This document shows, in pieces, positions 49,453 through 61,200 of a stretch of DNA of 64,000 bases. The notes beneath the pieces are model-generated. The model was not told the origin of the DNA. It was given only the letters and a program-made list of their open reading frames with translations, and did no database searches. Source of the stretch: Phallusia mammillata (Eukaryota); contig OZ281500.1 in the NCBI GenBank assembly GCA_965637545.1, positions 20,584,001 through 20,648,000 on the forward strand, in the 5' to 3' direction. Each line of letters begins with the position of its first letter. Within the stretch, counting starts at the first letter, position 1. A program made the translations under genes and the position numbers.

Positions 49453-52400
49453 GGTTTCCACCTAAAGACACCTTAATTATTTTAATCCAGATCCTATCTG
49501 AGAAAATTTGTAAACAGCCAAGCAGCACGAAAACTTTTGTAAACAGTCGAGCTGCTTTTGCTCAACAGTCGGCATTGCGCTATGAGCCGGCGAATCACGT
49601 TTCTCAGAAAAGCTCGGTACCTCGGGGTGATCCAGAACAATTCGCGGTCTAATTGTGCAGGAAGCGGCTGCGGAAAAACGACCGCGGTGAACCGAAATCA
49701 ATTTGCTCGCAGAAAGGCAAGCAATCACCCATCGAGCTCAATTTTCACCGCATTTAACCGCCAGCAACTCGCGTGCCTTTGACCCCTTGGCACTTGCGCC
49801 TTTGTGGGTCCACGATTACACGCTAATAGGCCTCGATCCGTGGGACTGTTAGACGCCGTACTCGTCTTCCATTACATCATGGTTTCATTGAATAGCACGC
49901 GCTGGTGTACTACCCCATTCACACAGAACCCGAGTTGTGCGTCATCGGGCCATGTCACTTTGTTGCTTGTTTGTTTTACGGGATTTCCATTCCTATCACT
50001 ATAGGACTGACATGTTACGCCCACATTCATCGCATCTTCTAGCAAAGACTTCGCGCGATCGCCGGCGAGTTTCCGTTTTGTTCAATTGTTAGCTCAAGCA
50101 TTCTGCGAATTCCTGTCGCTTTGGGTCACGTCCGTGTTTGTTTTCTATAAGTAGAGTAACACTTTTCCTCTTCCCGTCATAAGCGCTGTGTTTATGCCCA
50201 CGGGTTCGATAACATGCTAAAAAATGCACATCCTTGGCGCTTTAAAACGACCACAAGCTCACAACTATATCCGGGATACCGCCATGGGCATTCTTTGGTG
50301 ATTAGGATGGTGCTGTTCTGCCGCTAAGCCCAAAAGCTGTTTTAAGTTAATCGCCTGTTACAGTCACGCCGCTGCAGCAGTACCATTAAAAAAGTCAATA
50401 TTAGTTTGGTGGCGCAATGGCTGTTTAACTGTCAACGCCAACCGCCAAAATGTTGTAGCTTGTACCTCGCGTTGTTGGTACGCTTCTAGGGGCAACAATT
50501 AAAAACATACCGAGAGCTACTCAACAGGGTTACAACCGTTCGTGAACCCGCCTGCAACGCGAACGGTTGTGTGTTCTGTATCAACACCAACAATGTTAAC
50601 TGTGGCAACCGCCTTCACGTTAAGCAAACATTATAGTTGAACTGTGACGTAATTTGAGAATGAACGGCAAATATTCATAATGGCTTTTTCCTGATCAATA
50701 TGCCTCTTGCCTTCCAAACAGGTTAACAATATAAGCGTGAGCGACAAGTGTTAAATATTGCACCTGCACCTTGCCTCTGTGTTCAAAGTTCAGTTACACT
50801 GTAGAGTTTCGGCGACCGGCAAGAAGTTTTGAAGCCAACCGCCGCTAATGATTCCTCGAACCCTGTGTTCTGCTCCTTATCTTTGAAACTCCTACTACAG
50901 ACTGCCACATTCAAACCGCGCTGCAATGTAGCACCTGTTTCACTACAGTTTGAATGAAAACATAGCGGCAAAAGTATCCCTCATTTATTAAAATATATCG
51001 CACATCTGTGCCGGCTTCTCTCATGCCAAAGCTCTCACGTCACCTCCCAGCAAGTTGGAGGCAAAAAACCATCACTGATTTTCTGCTACGCATCTGACAC
51101 GCCGCAAAGACCAAACTGCACTTGAAATACCATCTGAACTGTCACTTGTCAAGCTTTCACAAGCGCCTTTACTCAGAACGGCCTGAAAATGGCGGCGGTC
51201 CATCTGTGCCAGTTCTGCTACTGCAGCTTTGGCCTCCCACACTGTTGGCTGTGCACCAGTGACGACGCGTCTAACTTTGCACCTGTCATTTACACAAGTC
51301 TCGATCGGTTGTGTACCCCGCGCAATCGAGCTGCGCTTGAAGCAAACAATTTCGTTTTTCCCGCACGTGGCACGCTGCACGCGTTCTGCCTGAAGCGCGC
51401 ACCGACCCGCCTCTTGCGCAAATTTCACAAACTGCCAGGCCAACGGCCCCCTCAACTCTCAACACCTGGCCATCGCACTGCAAACGACGCTTACAAACAA
51501 GTCTAGTTAATCATCAGCAAAATCCTTGACTGCCGATGCATGCTTAGAGCATCGCTGGCTGTCAAATTGCTTGTTTAAACAACTCATTGGCGTGCTTCCT
51601 TAACCATACCAAAACTGATACTCTTGAGTGATATATAGTTTTAGTGGGGCCAGTTAGTGCCGACAAGCAGTGGGCCGAATTCTCACTGACGCCAACATCG
51701 ACGACTGAATAGATTTCAGGCGTTTATAATGGAACTGGAACAATGCATCCAACATTAAACTGGAATGTTTGAACAAACTTGGAATATGAATGCACTGTAT
51801 GTTGACACTTCATCCATTTATAGACGTCAATCACCCGCACGCGATGAGTTCAACAGAGCATTGTCCCCAAATGCCCCAAAACCTTTTCCGTTCCCCGCAA
51901 ACAGGGTGGACTGTTTGCCGCAAACCACACAAAGCGAAACTGCTGGCCACCACGTCTTGACGCTTCTGCCTAACGCGATATTTCCCTCCTGTCCACATTC
52001 GTTTGTACAGCGATTATCGCCGCGAGTTTTTGCGATCAAACAAACGCCCGAAAATGTCAGGGCAAATATATACTCCATTGTGCGACGGTATGTTGAGTGG
52101 CCTCGCGATCAGAGGACGTCGACCCCATTCGAAAGCAAATTTCAATCGCGTCTCACGATATCCAACTGTTGTAAATTTCAAGGTCGATGTTTTGTTTGCT
52201 GTAGCCGGCACGTGCCAATCATACAGTCAGTTGCTTTATAATAGCTCTATGGTATGACGTCACTACATTTAGGCTGCGACCTCCGAAAAAGTATTAAGTG
52301 TGCTGTCACTTCTCCTGCCTAAATGTTATAAACCGTGTAGAGCAATTGTAAAATATTCTACATCTGCAAAGTCCGGCGTCCACCACCGTCAAACAACAAT

Positions 52401-55400
52401 CCACATTCTAAATAACAAGTCTCATGGCCTACCTGTCCCGCCTTTTGTCCAAAGTTTTTCCTTTCTCGCAGTTTATTTTGCACTCTCCTTTGAAGTCTCC
52501 CTTCCCGAGTTTTTCCTAAATGTAATTTGCCGCTGTCGCCTCTCTACTGTTATGATTAAGAAAACTTGGCAAAAAACATCTCTCCTTATGGCGCGCTCCC
52601 CGCCCCCGTTTGCGACGAAAAAGGGTACGTTTCCTTGGTTAAATCGCTCGTCTTGTCGCGCATCCTGTGGCAGAAGTCCTGTCATAACAAATCTGTTTCT
52701 TGTGTTGTTGGCTGATGTTGAAATCATAGATTGGAATAACAGACAGGGAAAAATCACATTGGTCAGTCTGTGCGATAGACTGCATTTTGACATATATAAT
52801 CTGATGCTGTTACATTCTTACACATCTGTTGACCGCTTAAAATCGTAATCTGACTAAAAGGAGGAGATTAAGTCTTCAGGATTCGGCGAGGCGCCACCCG
52901 GGTTTCGGTGATGAACCAACCGAGCCACTGGTTGTGCAATAACCCACTGTTGTCAGCAAGCCAAGGAATATTTACATCACGCCCTATTTTAGGCGCCACA
53001 CACTAAGACAGTCAAATACCGCGTGTAATTAATACCAACTATAAATATCGTTTGCAAACAGTTTACATAAACTCTACGTAATCCAAAGCGCACGACTAGT
53101 TAACTGAAAGCTAACTGCAGGTAATTCTTTTTTTTTTTTGCTTTGATGTAACAGCGCTCGGACACAGTAGCTCTATCTATCTGAGTCTCCCATTAACGAG
53201 GGCCACTTAGAACAGATCAATAACATAATCAAATGATTTGCCATTGGATGATATGTCGGTGTAGTCATTCCCAAGTATTATGTTTCAAGTGTGTGATCGT
53301 GCACCAGCGCGTCGCCCCCAGTTGGCTGCCTCGCTTCGACAATGGGACTCCGAACGCTCCTGAGAACAAAGTGTTATTCCATGCGAGGCCTTACCACTTC
53401 ACGTTCATGTCCCTGGCGGATATTATTGATTACTCCACTCTTTGTCCGTCGCAAAAGAACTTAATCGTGTTTTAATTGCCGGCGCAACGGTTCTGTCTAC
53501 GAAAACCCGACGTCTACTGCTGTCCCATAAGCACAGGTGCAGCTTCCACGTGTAGCTGCGGTGTCCATATGTGATGGACCTGGATATAAATATACCCGCT
53601 CGCGTGTTGTGCGTAAATCTTGTGCTCCGGTGGAAATATAACCACCGGTAATCCATCAATTGCAATTTAACTGCGGAGGAAAGTTCACTGACACTGGCCA
53701 CACACATCAAGTACAGATTGACAATCCGTCAGTTTTGGCGCTACAGGAAATATCGAATAGCGTTAATCGCGTTGAGGCGTCACAAGCAGTTCTGCTAACT
53801 AGGTGAGGTGTCGCAGCGTGACAGGCAAATCTTTTCCAAAGCGTCAGTTTGACTCTGACTGAAAGGTCGCCATCAACAAACAAAGGAAGTCACTTCAAAG
53901 AGCGCCACCAAAAAAGGAAGCACATTGTTTGGTTAGGCAGACATATGCGCAAAACATAGATTGAAATTTGTTTTAGAGGGACGTTTTCTATTTTTGTGTC
54001 ATTATGCACCTTTTTGGCAGCGAGACTTTTGTAAGTTTTTGGGCGAATTAACGAGCTTCTGTGTTAATAGTATTTGTTCCAATATTATTCCTGCCGTCAA
54101 AACCTGTTTGCGAGGTTGACGTTGCGTCGAGTACGCAAGAACGCAAACGTAACGCCCCTTTTTGGGTTTGCTCAGTCAATTTGAAATTTTATTTTTATCA
54201 TGCGGTGGTCGTCAGGTGCCCGAAAATAGCATCACAACGCTGCACGCCAGCTGGAAACGTGAAGGGAGAATGTGGTTCCGCCAGTAATTGCGGCATTCTA
54301 CATACGTTTTAATGCGGTTTTAACAATGTCATAAGAAAATAATAGTCGAACTGAAGTTTACAAACGTCCAGCGCAAGGGGAAAAGTAACTCTCACGCAAC
54401 GAGTATTTGCACAGCAGCGCCAACGTAGACTGTTTGTCAGCGTTTCTGAAAATACACCTGCACATAAAAAGCGTAAGTCATATTTTCTTGTCCGCGCGCA
54501 CATACCAGTTATGACGTAATAGGTCTGCATTATGTCGACATTCTTTACATTAATTCCAGCGCGAGAGTTGGTCGCGGTCTAAAGAGCGTGTATATCATAG
54601 CGATTTGTTAAGCAATCAAAATTACTGTCGTGCAATAACAATTCATACATCGCCTCGGCGTTTGCGTCAGCTAAACACAACCACCCGTTGTCTTGCCAAC
54701 ACGCCGGTTACTCAACCAGGCCACATCAATAACTTTTTTGTCAACGACCCGCCATTTATTCGAACGCCTTTATTCGCTAACATAGCGTGGTTGGAGACCA
54801 CTAGCAACGACAAGTGTTGGAAAACTCGTCAAAGGCTTTCAGCAAATGGGCCTGCCGTCAAGCGAGCAAGCGATTGATGCCTTTCAAAGCAGAACGAGAA
54901 ATGGGTTTTCGAGCGGTTTAGTGACTAACGCGATAACTGCTTGTGGCCTCTCCAAATCTATTACCTAAGCCACATCAGGTCTTGGGTGTGGGTGTGAGAC
55001 ACCTGATACGCGCTATTGGTGTGGTTTGTACTCACGCCCATTTATACCGTCATATGGAAAACAACCAATTTCGGATTTTTCGTTTTTTCAAATCGGCTAT
55101 AAAATGAAACTTAAAAATCTACACAAACATTTCTGCAAACAATTATATAATGGGCAAGGGCTTAATTTTGGTGCTAAAAATGTCGTCTTTAAGTCTGCCA
55201 ACAAAAAACGTCTTGAAAAAAAACTTGTTTCTAATTTTTAACATGACAGAAAAAATCCACTTAACATAAGAACAATGCACATGCTCTTTATAATTTTGTG
55301 CCATGAGTGGGCTTAATATACATACAGTATAAGCCGAACAATTACAAATACTTCAACCTAAGCACTTTGCGGAGAAGCATAATCTGATGTCTGGAGGTAT

Positions 55401-57358
55401 CTTTGTTCGTTTATCACACGCGGCCATCGTACACAAGCCAATGTTTAGACCATGCACACTTGCGACATTTTGAAAAAACTCATCACGTCTTTGTCACACC
55501 AAAAAAAGACTACATACTTTCTACTGCATTTAAATTTAATTTCAACTGCGTTTTTAATAAAATTACCACTAAAAGATAAAAACGGAGAGGATAATATAGT
55601 ATTTTCCAATTCACTTTCCTTTTGCTGTGCAGATATTGATAACAGCTTTAAACGCTCTTTTTCTTTTTCTTTAAAATTCTTTAGATCACAGACAATTCGA
55701 GTCAAACATTTCACACCTTGCGCATAACACTCATTTTATTAGACTCGAACACTCACGAATTCCTAACCTAACTGCATTCGCGGCCGTCACGACGCAATGA
55801 CGCAGCCCAGACGCGGTAATTCAATTAATTGGTGACGATTACATGCATTAAACTGCCTCCAGCCGGTTGTCGCTGTGATGTCGCTCCATACTCTACATGC
55901 AGAAGTGACGGAATCGTTCAAATTGACGCAGTTCTCTCTCTGACAGCTTTGGGGCCGCAACCCGACCCAAATAGAGCATCGCATTGGCGACAATCCGACG
56001 TCTATGTCGATTTTCCTGATTAAAATATTGCCCCGGTAGCGTGACATGCAATTTGACACGGACCGAATGCGCGTAATTGGGCAAAGGCTTTGATCCGGGA
56101 AGATTGGACCTCCAGGTGAACCGACATGATTGCGCGTCAATTCAATCGCAAGTGCCTGGTTAGGGTGAATGTGAATGGCGGGAAAGGTGTGACTTCAATC
56201 ATCGTCGCTGCCAAACGTATTCATGACGCCTTTAGTCTCGATTTTGTCGGTTATTGCAAAGCGTTACGCAATGGCGCGACCTTCCTTAATAATTGCAGGG
56301 AATGCGACCGCACAGGAGGGCTTCCAAACTGGTGACAAATCAAGATCAGAAGGTTTATGGTGGCTAATGATACCAACAATAGGGAAGTTACGATATTCGC
56401 TGGGTTGCCATCGGTTGTGCAACCACCGGACACATCACTAAGTTCGGCGTATGACCAAGTATCGACCTTCAGTGCTATGATGAAGCAATGTCGGTTTTGC
56501 TTTGATGTCGAGCCCCTCGCATCCGTTCTATGCCCGCTCCCGATTCGCATTGCCGGTTAAATGTCGCGCGACGCAGTGGCAGTCACGTGATCACGAGAGA
56601 TGCCAGGCCTCTGACGTGACGCCTATTTGCCGTCGCTTGACTTTGACAGCGCGTCTGATAGATTAACCGCGCCATCATTGAAGTACAAACATTGGGATAG
56701 AAGACGTTGCAGGGCAGATTCTAGGTTTTGTATGCACAGAACTTGAAGCAATGGTAATGGGAAGTTAGGGGCATCCATGGGAAAACAGGTCAAAGCGGAA
56801 AGCTAATTCCAGCACGAAAACACCGGCCTTGTTAGACGCGGTTTTCCGTAAAGTGGCAAGTGTACAAAACAAGCGCGGATCAAACAAGCTTCGCGCGTGG
56901 TAAAGTAATCACATCCCGTAGGATGGCGCACCATACACAATGTGTTTCCTTAAGGATGTGGCCGCTGATTGCAGAATAAACGTTTGTGCGTTAATGAATC
57001 AGGTCAATGGGACGTACAATGTATCCCAAACAAGTATTTTTTGCGTTAAACGTTTCATTGCGACCAATAAGAATCCGTCGCAGGTGGTCACGTTAAGAAT
57101 AGCAGTGAGAGCATGATGGGATCGGATTTCATCGCTGTTGTTGGAAGTTCAAACTTCACGCATCGTTTGAGGTTTGTACGTCATTGGAAGATGCTAAAAA
57201 CAAATCGACGTGTCATAGCCCTTCATTCGTAGTAAAATATATGCAGCATTTTTTCTTGTTAGAAAACAATGTGTTGCAAAAACTTTTATGTTTCAATTTT
57301 GGTTATATTTGACACTACAAATTTTACATGTGTAAAAGCATCACGCCAACAAACGATA

Positions 57359-57466
57359 AGCTGCAGACAAAGCACACTGTTTTGACCTATAAGGTCTCAT
57401 CAGTGCAGCTGGTGACAAGAAATGATAAGAACTTATAGGTCGAAACAATGTACACTGCCTGTAGCT
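57359..57466. repeat. Palindromic dispersed repeat with hammerhead-like core (second copy), just 3' of the ZP gene stop codon
   Basis: 35-nt inverted arms AGCTGCAGACAAAGCACACTGTTTTGACCTATAAG / CTTATAGGTCGAAACAATGTACACTGCCTGTAGCT; internal sequence shared with 5205-5355. Confidence 0.8.
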
Positions 57467-57507
57467 AATATTTTATATAGTTTAGTAGTTAAAGTCCACT
57501 ATAATTT

Positions 57508-60171
57508 TCACCCACTTATAGCAAATGCAAATCCCGGTTGGATGGTCTCCTTCTTATGCTTGACATTGGGTTGAGTCCGATAACTTGCAGCCCGATTTCG
57601 GCGTAGAAGTGCAATAACCGCAGCAACGAGCAAGATGAACATTAAACCGCCCACAACCCCAACCGATATGTAAACTTTAGTATAGTCCGATGCTGAATTA
57701 AATATGCGCTCAGTTAATCGACTGAATACCATTTTTCTGCGGGTATGTAAGCTATGTTTCCGCTTACTTTGTGCATGCATATGTCTACTAAATTGGGAAA
57801 ATTACCCCAAAAATGTCTAAACACCCTGAAAAAACACAAACCTCAAAAATACCTTACAATATAAGGCAATGTGCAAAACGCAGTATGGCGTTGCCCACCC
57901 ACAGAGGATAAAAACAAAACCGTGTTTATAATGGTAGAACGCATTAGATTTTTTTACGACAAAATGTGACCACACCTTGCTATTATTTCCCAACCTTTTT
58001 TCCTTTTACTTACATTCCGTGTTTCTCGCGAATTTCAACTTATCTTCAATGTTGGAAGAGTTGTCGAAATTTATATTTCCTGTTTGAAAGGGCATCTTCA
58101 GTGGGAATATTGGGCCGAACCCCAGACGCACAGACTCTGCTGTCTCGTCGAAAGTTTGTAATGTCGCTCTTTGTTGCCATCTCGTGGGCAAACCAGGACA
58201 CTAAATGAGTTTCGCATTTAATATGGGAAAAATGCCACCACAAATAAACATACCTTGTCGGTATAGTTGCATAAAGACTTCTTAGAGTTGCCTTTGCAAA
58301 GTATTACATCGCAAAATATGTAAATTCGTTGCATCGGAAGGTTTAACCACTTAAACATCTGGAAACGCCATCGAAATATTGAATTTCTGTGGTCGTTTTT
58401 TATCACCAGTACAGTTGGATCGTTTTTTGATGGGCAGCTGATAGAAGAAGGAATAAAGCTTATTATCAAAGTGTAAAACTGCACTCCATATTTTAGCTAG
58501 CTAGAGGTAGGTATTATAGTGGGGGCAAAATCACATACTTTAATTAGGACTTAGGCTACCAACCGATGCACACTTGGACGAAAGGGTTATACTTTATTAA
58601 TAAACAATCATTTGCACAGGCATTCGCTTGTAACGCTCCTTGGGTGGGACTTTTCGATCGTTTATGTCTATCCCAGTGGAACTTTATTCATCTTGGCCGA
58701 AATATTTGGTCTACATCGGTTTGTGTCCTATTGTAAGGTCACACAAGAGTATGTCGTCATACTTTAACATCTTACAAGTGGAAATATCTCTGTTGCGCGA
58801 AAAATATTTTTAGCACACTACTGATGCATGAACCACAGTTTGGAAACCCCTGGACTTTCTAGTAAAGTCTATTCATTTTTTTGTTAAAAAAACATTACCC
58901 GTTTTCAATCAAATTGTGAATCGATTTTTCATCGTTGGTGTCAGGTTGGTGACTTGCAATGCAGCGTTGGACAATCGTACTGGACTCTCCTGCACCATCT
59001 AGCGGGTTTAATTCCGACGCTTTAATTTCGACGTACAGAAACTGGCCAATCTGAAAATATGTTGGCATATTTGGTAACATGAAAAACGTTACTTTAAACT
59101 GTGGTTCCTACCGAAGTTAAAACGATGTGATCTTGTTGAAGGTTGCTGGAGGTAAAAGTTTCCTCGCGATGAAGTGACATTTCCAAATTTCCAAAATCGG
59201 CAACGGACAGTCTGTATAATGTTGCATTTTTGTGTTTAAATATGTTTATTGAAACTTTGGATCACGGTATTTGTTCTATACGTAACCATAAGAAAACAGT
59301 TTACACGACAATTAAACAAACCTAAGCAACCTGGAGTTCTACAAACTTAATGCTTGAAGTTTAAACAACAACATATAGATGCATTTTAGTATAAAGTTGA
59401 AAATGGCGACATAATTCTCTTCTTTTAGTTTACGAATTTGAGTACAGGTGGGCCCTAACTTGACTTACGACATGTTACGAAGTCTAACACGACAATCGCA
59501 GTTCTCTGTCAAAAATAAGTTAATTTATTGACAAGAACATAGATAGATGGCTTGTAAAACACACCTGCGCATATTGAAGAGCACTGGTACCGGCTTCTGG
59601 CCATAAAACAAGCATGACACGTTGAAGACGTTCTTCAGAGCACCTGTTTGAGCATCCCACATATAGATTTCATTTCGATACGAAGTAAAAATGCCACGTT
59701 TCTAGAAAAAAGATGATTCTAGTCAAACTATTTGAAAATACGTTTTGATTTTCAGATCATGGTATACCGTTATTTTGCCTCCACACAGTTGCTTCTTTGA
59801 TATGTCGATCTTTATTTCAGAAACACCGTTGGAATGCGTTACTGTTCGGCAACGATCAAACGGAAAACCATTCCGAAATTTCAAATTATTTGGCTGAAAA
59901 TCGTCAGTCAGCTGGACTGTGACTGTCTCCCATTCGCATAATGTAGAATACCCTGCAACAAAGTAAAATGAAACAGCTGGTTAAATTGTGCATTCTCTGC
60001 TAATTGTACAAATTGTTTCAACATCTTGATGCTGTTTTGAACACGGTTATATTGCCTTAAACCAGTTTAAACTTAATGCGACTTACCATTCGTTAGATTG
60101 AAAGAAGCTGCAACTCGGTCAAACACAAAGGCTATGCAGTAGAAAAAGCACCAGCCTTTCCACTGAAACAT
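57508..60171 (-). CDS. Zona pellucida (ZP) domain single-pass membrane protein, ~404 aa
   Basis: Exons (minus strand) 60171-60087, 59952-59768, 59701-59565, 59211-59112, 59050-58899, 58437-58254, 58200-58014, 57692-57508 (TGA); 1215 nt, phase-consistent. Signal peptide; ZP-N with 4 Cys; IHP-like FGNLEMSLH; ZP-C (LYVEIK, VQRCIAS, ENGCPSKNDPTV, FRWRFQMFKW, IYIFCDVILC); EHP-like VRLGFGPI; TM helix VYISVGVVGGLMFILLVAAVIALL followed by RRNR. Confidence 0.88.
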
Positions 60172-60839
60172 AATGCTATTGTGTTCGTATGTTGTCTTTT
60201 CACCAAGCGAAATAAACTCAACTCCACTTAAGCATTTTAGCACAAGCACAAGCTTCCTAACCAAACGTTAAGGAAACATTACAGCGCCTAAGTTAACTGC
60301 ATAAACTCCTCAAAGCTCCTACAATTAACAGAAGCAGCAAGAAACGTGTTTTCTACGATAGTTAAGTGCAGTGTGACCGGTGCGCCGAATCTCTTTAGCC
60401 ACGAGGCGACACAACATCCCGAGGCTATTGCCGCTGACGTCACAGCTACACCAGCGAACGACAAACCACTAAACCGTGACGTTTTTATAGCCGGCAATTA
60501 GGATGTTTGTCGCGTGGGGGCGTGCTCGACGTGTATTCCAACCAACTGTCATTCGGCTCGCGGCGACTTCTATTTTGGTCCGTTCACACGACTAGTGACG
60601 TCTTAAGAAACAGACAATGACGAAACATGCTGTTGTTGTTATTTAGAATGTTTACGAGTGGTTGGGAAACTCCCTTAAGAAAACATTATCTCTTTGCTTT
60701 AATGTTCGCAAAATTTTATATGGCATGCAAAAACGTGTCACTTATTTGCAGATATTGCATTTGTTGCACAGCACAAGTTACACTTGCTTTAAGTTTAACA
60801 AATAAAACAAACAGTCTTTATAATACATAGATATATACA

Positions 60840-61200
60840 CAGGGTTGCCATCGACTTGAAACAAAAAATAAGGACAACCGAAAAATAAAATTTTAATACA
60901 AAACGAAACAAACGTTTTTGAACAAATCTTGATAATATGCAATATTTTGGCCAAATACAATCTGTTCCAGCAACTCCTTGTTAATAAAAAAAATACTTAG
61001 TGCATCTCATAACAGCTCAGGTCTAGGTTTACTTTTACTTGTAGCAGGGATTTGACTAGTAATTGTTGAAAACAAGACAAAATAAGGACGTAAGTCAAAA
61101 ATAAGGACATTTCTTAGAAATAAGGACAATGAACTTTTGTAAGGCATACCCCCTCAAAATATGGACAAATCTTAGAAATAAGGACGGTATGGCAACCCTG
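60840..61200. mobile_element. hAT-like MITE with AAATAAGGAC subterminal repeats
   Basis: 11-bp TIR CAGGGTTGCCA / TGGCAACCCTG; AAATAAGGAC occurs about five times internally; flanks (ATATATACA / AGTATATACA) only partly resemble a TSD. Confidence 0.75.

Noticed and set aside
52300-52848. 182-aa + strand ORF and overlapping minus ORF in the FGF upstream region
   Set aside because: No domain signature or supporting exon chain; GC-richer non-coding DNA yields such ORFs by chance.
59469-59507. Possible mini-exon in the ZP gene (AG...GTAAGT on the minus strand)
   Set aside because: Flanking exons already join in phase (NMRRLSVADFGNLEM); inclusion at the obvious acceptor introduces a stop.
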